This document shows, piece after piece, positions 28,417 through 36,520 of a DNA stretch of 36,520 nucleotides (positions are counted from its first letter, which is position 1; each line of letters starts with the position of its first letter). The DNA lies in contig JAHQXB010000024.1 in the NCBI GenBank assembly GCA_029856435.1, positions 1 to 36,520 of the forward strand, read 5' to 3'. Source of the DNA: Candidatus Jordarchaeia archaeon (GTDB taxonomy: Archaea; Asgardarchaeota; Jordiarchaeia; Jordiarchaeales; Jordiarchaeaceae). A program made the translations under genes and the position numbers. The notes beneath the pieces are model-generated. The model saw only the letters and a list, made by a program, of their open reading frames with translations, had not been told where the DNA came from and made no database searches.

Positions 28417-29151
28417 TTAAACAACCTGGTAGTAACCTGGTCGAGGCTCAATCGCTTCGCCGGATTTGAGAAGTGCTTTTAGAGTTTCTTGGGTTTCCTC
28501 AGGAGTATATCCCATTGTTTCCATTTTTTGCATTATTTCCTTTTCAGATATAGGATTAGCTGATTCGGATAAGAGTTTTACTAGAGCTCTTCTGGCTCCC
28601 TTAATCTGTGTCTGGAAGCTAGGGGTTTTAGATATGGCTGTGTATCCAGAGTCTGCTGCGCCCACATACTTAATTGTCCATGGGGTGGGAAAAATTATGT
28701 TTCCTTCTTTTCCTAGTTGAACCAGTTTTTCCTTCACATATTCGAAGTCTAGCTTGTATTTGGGGCAGAGTTCTTCGATTTGGTCAAAGCTTGCCGGTTG
28801 CTTTGTGCAGTGTTCCCTTAAGAGAAGTGTAAGTCTCTGGGTTCGGGAGCTGGAAACCGTTTCTTCCTCCTCTGTTAAGTCTTCTATTTTTAAGGGCTCT
28901 TTGGGGAGAAGCTTTTCCAGCTCTTTCTGTGAAGCTTCCACAGCTCGGAGAAAGCTTTTGGCATCCTTCTCCGCATTGTACTTTCGCACTAGCATTGAGG
29001 CTTCTCTCTGGTCATGAACAATTTGGCAACTTGTGGGGTCAATTTTTATTATGTTGCCACAGTTGCCACAAAGCCTAGTTTTTTGCCTAACTGGCGAGAA
29101 GGTAAACCTACCACATTTAGGACACTTGAAAATCGCGTAAACCTGTTTCAA
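28417..29151 (-). CDS. DUF1922-like zinc ribbon fused to winged-helix-like repeats
   Basis: N-terminal IFKCPKCG...RLCGNCG; C-terminal L.K.G.I..P motifs typical of wHTH ends. Confidence 0.7.
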   Translation of the reverse strand: MKQVYAIFKCPKCGRFTFSPVRQKTRLCGNCGNIIKIDPTSCQIVHDQREASMLVRKYNAEKDAKSFLRAVEASQKELEKLLPKEPLKIEDLTEEEETVSSSRTQRLTLLLREHCTKQPASFDQIEELCPKYKLDFEYVKEKLVQLGKEGNIIFPTPWTIKYVGAADSGYTAISKTPSFQTQIKGARRALVKLLSESANPISEKEIMQKMETMGYTPEETQETLKALLKSGEAIEPRPGYYQVV

Positions 29152-29380
29152 GCCTCATCCTCCAAAGAAAAACTTATCCTAAAATAATTCTTATTCACAC
29201 TTTATAAATAGTCCCCCCCTAATCAACACCTTATCTTTTTGGTGCAGAACTCATTTGAAAATTTAACTTCTCTCCCTTTTGAACACTAATTTTATTTTCT
29301 TTCTGGAAACATAAATAAGTAAATGTTTAGATTATTAGTATAGTTTATGGACGTGAATGGTTCTTTAATTTCAGAATGGA

Positions 29381-29923
29381 ATGAGGTTATGCAATATGGA
29401 CGTCGAGGCCCTTGCTGATCTTAAGGCTTATCTCGAAGAGGAAATTGAGAAAAGGAAGGAGGAACTGGAACGTTTTAAAAGATTTCTAGGATTGGTTGAT
29501 GAACTTTTAATGCAGGAGAGCTTTAAGACCGCAGCTGAGGTTGTGGAATCAACCGGAAAGAAGGAGGAAGGGGAGGAAGCATTCCAAATTGTTTCAAAGA
29601 ACGGCGTACTACTAGGTGAGATGACAATAACGAAAAATGCGATTTCAATTAAGCCGAATCCAGAGATTGAGTTTAACGTTAAGACTCCCCCCTTCGCATC
29701 GTTTTTCCTGGGAAAAGTGTTGTCGGGAATGTTGAGAGCCGACGAGGAACTAGTTAAGAAGAAAATGATTGATGAAAAAAATATCATAAAGTTCAAAGTT
29801 AAGGCCCCCAACGATATCCTTCAGGAGATCGTAATAAGGAATTATGGTGACGAGAAGAGAGTTGACGAAATAAAAAACACTATACGTTGGACTCTGGAAA
29901 AAATATACCAGCAAGCACAGTAA
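29381..29923 (+). CDS. conserved archaeal hypothetical protein (N-terminal coiled coil)
   Basis: Long ORF with a coiled-coil N-terminus and a C-terminal IRNYG...IRWTLEK motif. Function not recognised. Start may be ATG 29396. Confidence 0.75.
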   Translation: MRLCNMDVEALADLKAYLEEEIEKRKEELERFKRFLGLVDELLMQESFKTAAEVVESTGKKEEGEEAFQIVSKNGVLLGEMTITKNAISIKPNPEIEFNVKTPPFASFFLGKVLSGMLRADEELVKKKMIDEKNIIKFKVKAPNDILQEIVIRNYGDEKRVDEIKNTIRWTLEKIYQQAQ

Positions 29924-30138
29924 TCTCCCAACCAAGTATTTCCTTAAAAAAAGAACCCTTCAACTATTATTTATTTTTTATATACCAGTCTCTCTGATAC
30001 AATGAATAGGTTTAACTTGAATAAGCAGTGAGAGTGCTCCTCGACCTACTTAGCACCCGTACTTTTTTATATTACACTCTATTTTTTGGGCTTGTTTTTC
30101 GAAAGATTTATGTTTAGTTGCTTTAAATAAGTTTATAA

Positions 30139-30765
30139 ATGGAAAAAAGGGGAACTACCCTTATGGCTTACCGAGATGCTATGGAAGGCAATTTTTTAGC
30201 GGTTTATGGAGCGGAACAACTCAGACTCATAAAAGAGGCCTATAAGTTTTATGTTAAAAACGATGTACGGGATGTCTTAGCTTTTGGAGCAGTAACCCTG
30301 ATAAATAGATATCTTCGAGTTTCCAAATTACCAAAAGAAGATGTTGCCATGTTTGTCGCTGCTCTATACCTAGTAAGTAGGCACCCATTCTCATTTGCTA
30401 ACCATACTTCAAAGCAGGAATTCGCGGAACAGTTTGGTATAAAAGCCACTTCGCTTGAGTGGTACTCTGAAAACTTGGCTGAAAAACTGGGATTCATAAG
30501 AATATATGATTACCGCCACTTCCCATACTATATTGATCCAGAGGGAGTGATTAACTCTGTAATATTATCCGTGGTTCGTCTCACAGTAGAGGAACTAGCG
30601 GTGAGAACTCTTCTCGGCGTAGAAACATTCGAGGAGAACGAAGCCATAGAGGGAATAGTGGATAGGCTGGTTGATAGGCTAAAAATTGTACCCAGCGTCT
30701 TTAAGCCAGAAATACGCAGAATTGTTTCAGAATATATGAGCAAAGAAATTAAGAAGTACATTTGA
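30139..30765 (+). CDS. cyclin/TFIIB-fold protein lacking a TFB zinc ribbon
   Basis: AVTLINRYL...VAALYLVSR followed by SKQEFAEQFGIKATSL, a cyclin-box/TFIIB-repeat pattern. Confidence 0.55.
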   Translation: MEKRGTTLMAYRDAMEGNFLAVYGAEQLRLIKEAYKFYVKNDVRDVLAFGAVTLINRYLRVSKLPKEDVAMFVAALYLVSRHPFSFANHTSKQEFAEQFGIKATSLEWYSENLAEKLGFIRIYDYRHFPYYIDPEGVINSVILSVVRLTVEELAVRTLLGVETFEENEAIEGIVDRLVDRLKIVPSVFKPEIRRIVSEYMSKEIKKYI

Positions 30766-31544
30766 AGCTAAAGAGAGGCGTAGAGGTGAAAACTGAGGGA
30801 ATCTTCCCCTGCTTTGAAGTTGAGGGACAAAAGATTCCCAGAATACTTCTGGGGAGCTCACCCTTCTTAGGTGCTGGCCAATTTGGAGTAAAAGCCTACC
30901 AATACTATAAGAAATTTTTCGAAAAACCCGAAAATATTACGGAGCTAGTAATGGAAACCATAAAACTGGGAGTGAGGGGTATTCAGCTCGTGGCATATCG
31001 CGAAATTGCCCAAGCAGTAAAAAAAGCACAATTTGAAACTGGGGTAGAATTAACAGTCGTGGGAAGCCTTCCCTTTGATAGTCCAGAAGACGGACTAGAT
31101 TGCCTGTGTGATTTAAATACTAAAGCGGTTTTACTCCATGGAGAGGAAACAGATAGGCTTAACCTCAAAGTTTTAAATTCTTGGTTTAAGAGAATCAGAA
31201 ACGCAGGATTCGTTCCAGGAGTTGCCACTCACAAACCAGACCTCACTCTACCTGTACTTCTTAAAAGTGAATTAGATTTTTCAATAGTGTTATTACCCTT
31301 CAATGCAGCCGGCTTCCTCATGGGAAAAAAAGAAACGGTTTACAATATAGTTTCCGAATGCGACAAATCATACATAGCCATGAAGCCTCTGGCCGCGGGA
31401 CACATCAAACCCAAGGAGGCATTGGAGTTCATTTTTTCCTGCAGGGGCATAAAGTCTGCAGCAGTAGGCATAGCCACCCCAGAAGAAGCTAGGGAAACAT
31501 TCTCCATAGCAAAAGACGTTCTTAACAAAACACTTCAATGTTAA
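30762..31544 (+). CDS. aldo/keto reductase-like TIM-barrel protein
   Basis: IPRILLGSSPF, LLHG, GVATH, LLPFNAAG, IAMKPLAAG, AAVGI. 4-bp overlap with the upstream stop codon. Confidence 0.8.
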   Translation: MKLKRGVEVKTEGIFPCFEVEGQKIPRILLGSSPFLGAGQFGVKAYQYYKKFFEKPENITELVMETIKLGVRGIQLVAYREIAQAVKKAQFETGVELTVVGSLPFDSPEDGLDCLCDLNTKAVLLHGEETDRLNLKVLNSWFKRIRNAGFVPGVATHKPDLTLPVLLKSELDFSIVLLPFNAAGFLMGKKETVYNIVSECDKSYIAMKPLAAGHIKPKEALEFIFSCRGIKSAAVGIATPEEARETFSIAKDVLNKTLQC

Positions 31545-31894
31545 AGTTATGTCTTGATTATTATTTAGTACAGCTTTGCTCCTTCTACTTTTTGAGAAAA
31601 TGACCATTTTGCTACTCCTACATAAAGGAAGAAAAGGGGTTAATGACTTATCACGAAAATGACTTGTAAACGGAAAGCATCGAGATTTATATGAAGCAGG
31701 TAAACCTGAAAAAAAGGGAACGCGTAGAGTTTTATGTAATTAGCTTTTAAGGGAAGGATTCACCTTGCCGGATTATCTGAGGTGGGGTGTTAAAACTGCT
31801 TCTATTTAGAAAAGTAGAATAAAGTTTGTTAACTTAAACTTCCAACTGTTAACAGGGTTTAAAGAAAAACCATTAAAATTATTATTCTTTAAAA

Positions 31895-32124
31895 ACAACC
31901 ATACACATAACATGTGCCGTGCAGCCGATTCCAGCCCGGAATGCGGGAAGTTCGAAAAACCCAAAGAGAGCAGGGCCACAACTGGGAACATCCTCCCACC
32001 GAAAGCAGGAGAGATGTGCTCGCTTCAATCGTTCCCCGGGAGAAAAACTTTGAAACTTGAGGGAGGAAAACCCAAAGTTACGCAAGGTTAACGCTGGGTC
32101 AGAACGGTTTTTATTTATGGTTGT
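31895..32124 (+). ncRNA. candidate structured non-coding RNA (RNase P/MRP-like motifs, identity unresolved)
   Basis: A GC-enriched intergenic island whose ends pair (ACAACCATA 31895-31903 / TATGGTTGT 32116-32124; GCCGT 31916-31920 / ACGGT 32104-32108). It has several nested helices, a GAAA tetraloop, A-rich junctions, AT-rich TATA-like sequence upstream and a T-run at the 3' end. Confidence 0.55.
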
Positions 32125-32416
32125 CTTGGGCTGTTTTCACTTCTTCGACAACCATTGTTCCGGAAACTACTTGGTCTACTGAGTGGATTACTGCCCCCAG
32201 GCTCTCGATTTTTTCCTTTAACTCATTGTAGTTTAGCTTGTTTCCTTCGATTGTTATTTTAACACTTTCGGTTTCGGCGTCAACCTCAATAAGTGTAATG
32301 TTGACCCCCATAACTCCGTTTACTTTTCCCAGCTCTTCTGCAAAGTCTGGTAAAACTGGTTGGTGTGGTTTAAGAACATCGAGGACTAAGCGTTTTAAGC
32401 CATAACTATTGCCCAT
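32111..32416 (-). CDS. DUF211 family protein
   Basis: LKRLVLDVLKPHQP, VMGVNITLIEVD, IESLGAVIHSVDQVVSG. Start ATG 32416. Confidence 0.92.
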   Translation of the reverse strand: MGNSYGLKRLVLDVLKPHQPVLPDFAEELGKVNGVMGVNITLIEVDAETESVKITIEGNKLNYNELKEKIESLGAVIHSVDQVVSGTMVVEEVKTAQDNHK

Positions 32417-32571
32417 TTTTCTTATGGCACCTCGCCCAACTGTATCAAATTGAAGGATACTATTTAAAAGTATTGACAAACTCAAACAAGCCGATTCTCA
32501 CAACTGAATTTTTTTCTAAACAATTTGAGAATCTGAATGTGTGGTTGGAGTGTTTGATATTTTAGCCTTTT

Positions 32572-33411
32572 TTATTGTTGCTTGAAAATCGGATATTCTT
32601 TGAGATAGTATTTTTCGGTACAATTTTGACAGCTCTTACTTATGTTGCTCCAGCGTTCTTCGAATATCGTGGAGCAATAATTTATGATGCATTCATCATT
32701 TGTTGCCTCGGCCAAGTCTCCTTTTTCGGAGAGCCCGCTGCTGGTTAGGTTGGCGCTACCTCGATAGACTACCAATCCGTCTGCAACTATGAATTTGGAG
32801 TGGGCAAAGCTGCAAAGCTTAATTTGTATGTTAGATTCGGATAACATCTTTATGAGGATGCAGCCTTGCTTCCAAGCATTTTTCTCCAATACTTGCACAT
32901 CTGGAGGGGGGTGATCATTCTGATATTTACTCCTTTTTTGATTTTTGGTAAGGGTGTCGAGAAGGTCAATTCGGTAGAGTTTATTTTCTGTCCTTAAGGT
33001 TTTTACTTGGAAGAACAGGTGGCTCATAATCATTATTTCACTTGATGCTTCCCTCAAGATTTGTATTGCCTTTAAGCCGATTTCTGGTCCGTGCAAAACC
33101 ATACTTGCGGTCTCAGTTTTCTGGGGTCGCATACTATTCCTTTGTTTTTCGTAAATGCTGTCTAGTAGATCAGCTCTTTCTCTATATTCGTAAAGTTTGG
33201 TTCTGATCGAGTTTCTCAACTCCTGCTTTATGTGCTTTTCTAGTAATTTGGAGAGTATTTCGGCAGATTTTCTGTAATTCTCACTCGCTTCTTTGAATTG
33301 TTCCCCCTTCTCCAAGATAATTGCCTCCGTAGCTATTTTCCAAGCATTCTTATACTCCTTTTCAAACCGTGTTTTTTAGTTATAAGGCACATTCATCACT
33401 TGAGAGACCAT
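32572..33411 (-). pseudogene. MIT-domain plus single-HKD phospholipase D/nuclease fusion (MITD1-like architecture), apparently disrupted
   Basis: MIT helices AWKIATEAIILEKGEQFKEASENYRKSAEIL...IRTKLYEYRERADLL; HSKFIVAD...GSANLT. In-frame TAA at codon 12 (33376-33378). The PLD strand KKGVNIRMIT is encoded in a shifted frame (~32910-32939) between homopolymer runs. Confidence 0.7.
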
Positions 33412-33417
33412 AGCTTT

Positions 33418-35376
33418 TCAAACTGAGATTAATAACCATAGTAAGGCTAAAGAAACTCCGCAGATAAAGAATGGTAAGATAATTATCTTTAAAGTGTTTA
33501 CTGTTTCTTCTACTCCTTTAAAAAAGACGTTTAACTTTTTATCAGTCCAAATTTTAATGTTTGAAATGTTGAAAACTTTTGTTCCAATTTCCACCTCTTC
33601 CAAGTCTGCGATGGCTCTTCTGGTGCTTTTCACTATTTCCTCGATTAAATCCTCGTGATTTATTGTTCGACCCACGGGGTAATAGTCAGGCTGGTGGATG
33701 GATGGCGCATTTACAGTGTGGGTGTCAGAGGTGAGAACTTCAACTTCGTCAACGAGCTTTTCTTCTAGAAGACGGCTAATTATTTTATCTCTCAGCCCTA
33801 TAATCATATTGTTTCCATCAATAACAATTAAAGCTGTTCTCTGCATCCAATGGTTGTCCTCGAATCTTTTAGGAACATCGAGCTTCTCATCATCCAGCCA
33901 AGTTTCAATAATGTTTGCAGTTATCCCTTCCTCCCCCAATCCATAATCACGATAGACACTAGGAAACCTTGTTCTAGATACGCCGTATCTAATTTTGGTA
34001 GCCTTTTTTAGGGACCCCATTTTTTTGATTGATTCTTCAACAGCGTTTAAAATGTTTTCAGCAGCGGGAGTGTTGGGTTCCACAAGAACTTCTGCGTCTA
34101 GAATGCAGTTATGAGAATCTATGAAGAACACGCTATCGCCTTCCAAGCCACTTTTTTGCATTTCATTCTTGGCTCTTTCCAAAGCGGACAAGCCTACTTT
34201 CAGGTTGATATCATCTGTTATTTCGGGGGAGCGGGTGGAAATCATAATTATACTCTTCCCCATGACGGCGGAGAGTATCTTAGCCTCATTTTCGTGTACT
34301 CGATGGAAAGGTGTGGCTGAATCACTAAATTCGATTTCCTTTAGTTTCCCTACAATCTGTTTAATTGCCTTTTGGGTTTCCCTGACGCTGCAAAGGTTCT
34401 GAGCGTGAGTGCACGCTCCATGAGTAACAGAGAGTATAGTATCATTTTTATTCTCGATTTTTTGTGCCAAGAGGCGGGGGAGAGTTGATGAGCCCGCCTC
34501 CTTGAAGGGACCGTAATGGATAAAGGAGGAGAATATCAATCCCTTCAATTTGTGGTTCTTTTTGGATCTGAAGGCAACTAGAAGAGCTGGAAGGCTTGCT
34601 TTTTCTCCAAATTTGTCAGTAACGCTATCTATTTTTTGTGAATCCTTAAGAATCCACTCTAGGAAAAATCCACGAATCAACTCATAACCGCTAACTCCCA
34701 GCCTCTTTTTAATTGGCTTTTCTATTATGTGAAACGCCACAAAATTGGGTATCGCAAGAATAACTGCTGCGACAATGAAGGTGACTAGCCAAGGAGACAG
34801 GTAAGTGGTCTTAAGGTTGCCCACAATTATTGCAAGGAAAGTTATACCGGAAAGTGGTAGAATACTTGAAAGCAATACACTGAGCGGGATTCCAAAGGTG
34901 GAAATAGTTATCAATATTACAAGGCAAAGCGCAAAAACGAATGCCGCCCCGAAAAATGTTGCGATTAAGGAAAGATCTGGAATCTTCAGAATCGCGGCAA
35001 TAAAAGCTCCTGCGAAGAAGAAAAACTCCCACACAGCAACAAAAATCAGACAAAAAGCCAATGATCTAGATAATGAAAAAATGGGGCTTTTAATCTTACC
35101 AACAAAGTACAATAAATAGGAAGAAAAAAACATTGGAACAGCAAATACAAAAACACCCACCCCAACGCCATAGAGTAATATCCTATCCCAGTCGCCTTCA
35201 GGAATATAAGAAACCACACCCATCACAATACTTAGTAAAACCCCGGTCAGAGCCAAAACTCTAGCTGAAGGGGGATCGAAGGGATAGGAAAAAATCTGGG
35301 TAGCCCTCTCACGTAGGGTCCGTTTCTCAGGTTTAACTATTCTCAGATAGGTACCACCATTCCTAACAAGGGGCAG
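33418..35376 (-). CDS. DUF2070 family membrane protein
   Basis: N-terminal TM bundle, IHYGPFKEAGSS, HGACTH, DSHN, IDGNNM, TSDTH. The frame stays open upstream of the ORF-track start (35256) to a CTG at 35376 preceded by GAGGTGA. Confidence 0.88.
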   Translation of the reverse strand: MPLVRNGGTYLRIVKPEKRTLRERATQIFSYPFDPPSARVLALTGVLLSIVMGVVSYIPEGDWDRILLYGVGVGVFVFAVPMFFSSYLLYFVGKIKSPIFSLSRSLAFCLIFVAVWEFFFFAGAFIAAILKIPDLSLIATFFGAAFVFALCLVILITISTFGIPLSVLLSSILPLSGITFLAIIVGNLKTTYLSPWLVTFIVAAVILAIPNFVAFHIIEKPIKKRLGVSGYELIRGFFLEWILKDSQKIDSVTDKFGEKASLPALLVAFRSKKNHKLKGLIFSSFIHYGPFKEAGSSTLPRLLAQKIENKNDTILSVTHGACTHAQNLCSVRETQKAIKQIVGKLKEIEFSDSATPFHRVHENEAKILSAVMGKSIIMISTRSPEITDDINLKVGLSALERAKNEMQKSGLEGDSVFFIDSHNCILDAEVLVEPNTPAAENILNAVEESIKKMGSLKKATKIRYGVSRTRFPSVYRDYGLGEEGITANIIETWLDDEKLDVPKRFEDNHWMQRTALIVIDGNNMIIGLRDKIISRLLEEKLVDEVEVLTSDTHTVNAPSIHQPDYYPVGRTINHEDLIEEIVKSTRRAIADLEEVEIGTKVFNISNIKIWTDKKLNVFFKGVEETVNTLKIIILPFFICGVSLALLWLLISV

Positions 35377-35617
35377 AAACCTTCACCTCACCTAGGAACA
35401 TGTATCAAATATATTAGAATCATCGATTATAAACATAATCTTGATGAAAAAAATGTGCTATAAGGACTGAGCGGAAATTTACAGGTGAACCCAAGTATCT
35501 TAAAAGATTTAACAATTTTTTTATGGATGATGTTTAATCTTTTTTCCAGTATGTGTTAAGGGTTAATGACTTTCTTAATTTAATGAGGGGTTGGATGTTA
35601 TGTATTGTTTTCTTAAA

Positions 35618-36271
35618 CTAGCGGAAGTATATGAAACTTTCATCTGGTAGATACATTTTTACTCTCTTGTGGATTTCTTCGCGGTCTTCGATTTTGGTGT
35701 AGCCGGCTTTTTTAAATACTTTTTCCATTTCTACATGAAAAGGAGGTACTCCTTCAGTGGGCCATTTTTCGCATAGATAAGTAATAAAATATACTCTCTT
35801 TTTGGGGCTGAAGTTGACATAAAGAAATGTTCTGTAGGGATCATCAAACAGCACGGCAATAGCAGTTACTAGGTATCCCCCTTTAAATGCATCATAGGCC
35901 TCAAGTGACTTTTGTTCCTCTTTAATTCTCTCATTTTCCTCCCTAATGGCTTTCACAAGCTCGTAAGCTTCCTTTAAATTTCTTAGTTGAAATATCAGCT
36001 CAGCCCGTTTATAGCTCTTTAAGGGAAATTTAGGCACCCACACCCCATTGATTACTTCTCCCATAAAGTGTTTACGCATAGGAGACTTAACCTTCATTTC
36101 TATCAACTTGATTTTGGTTGCTTGCTCTTCCAATACTTTTCCTAAAGAATGCCCGAAAACGTACTCGAGTTGTTGAGAGATAGAGCTACTGACATCTGTA
36201 CCTTCTCCCTTCGTTAACTGCTCACCAATAGTTGATTTCTCCTCTTTCGAGCTCTCAGCACCATAACTCAT
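35618..36271 (-). CDS. hypothetical protein
   Basis: 217-aa ORF with ATG start and normal composition; no family recognised. Confidence 0.75.
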   Translation of the reverse strand: MSYGAESSKEEKSTIGEQLTKGEGTDVSSSISQQLEYVFGHSLGKVLEEQATKIKLIEMKVKSPMRKHFMGEVINGVWVPKFPLKSYKRAELIFQLRNLKEAYELVKAIREENERIKEEQKSLEAYDAFKGGYLVTAIAVLFDDPYRTFLYVNFSPKKRVYFITYLCEKWPTEGVPPFHVEMEKVFKKAGYTKIEDREEIHKRVKMYLPDESFIYFR

Positions 36272-36520
36272 TTTGCCACCTCATCCAAATAGCAAAATCT
36301 ATTATATACATCCCCAAATTTATGGTCAACCAACACAAATTTGAACACACAATTTTTCTTGGTTTCTACTTTACAATTAAAGTCTGATTATAAAAAATTT
36401 CTGGTAGTTTATTGGAAAATTCGAACTTGTTAAAAAATAATTGGCATTAGGGGGGATGTTTTGCCTTTTTTTGTGTTCCCGTGCTTGTTTGGGGTGTATG
36501 TTTCTCTCTCTACTCTACAT

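Noticed and set aside
31912-32106. Group I intron, cobalamin/glycine riboswitch, SRP RNA or tRNA identity for the structured RNA
   Set aside because: Isolated look-alike words (TGCGGGAA, CCGTGCAGCC, GCCAC, CACCGAA) are in the wrong order or lack the remaining core; there is no SRP helix-8 motif and no cloverleaf.
513-35119. Numerous short antisense or alternate-frame ORFs in the track (for example 513-1052, 7527-7838, 12459-12911, 18095-18472, 29428-29811)
   Set aside because: They are shadows of well-supported genes on the opposite strand or frame.
1-36520. CRISPR array, rRNA, tRNA, selenocysteine read-through
   Set aside because: By eye I found no regularly spaced repeats, no rRNA/tRNA signatures, and no in-frame TGA at a conserved Cys position.
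36440-36520. Possible 3' end of a minus-strand gene at the window edge
   Set aside because: The frame checked contains an internal stop, and there is no recognisable motif.

Overview
This is an archaeal chromosomal window, most plausibly from an Asgard archaeon. It carries a Rab-like small GTPase, a Roadblock/LC7 protein, a CCDC47 (PAT complex)-like membrane protein, a MIT-domain/PLD fusion, a GRAM/PH-like zinc-ribbon protein and a cyclin-fold protein. These sit among ordinary archaeal genes: DUF763, a homocitrate-synthase-family enzyme, endonuclease III, PAP2 phosphatase, M28 peptidase, COG2403/ArcE-like P-loop protein, two HdrD/GlpC-type Fe-S proteins, a QueG-like protein, a nitrilase, CoA-transferase-fold alpha/beta subunits, DUF211 and DUF2070. 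A co-oriented block encodes two paralogous ArsB/NhaD/OCA2-type transporters and a ~940-aa polytopic protein with a Vps62/NPP1-like domain. The non-coding DNA holds two IS200/IS605-derived miniature elements (one with a tnpB remnant), one TIR-type MITE with a 7-bp target duplication, and a ~200-230 nt structured RNA candidate with RNase P/MRP-like motifs but a non-canonical P4. No tRNA, rRNA or CRISPR array was recognised. All family calls come from motif recognition by eye; no database search was run.
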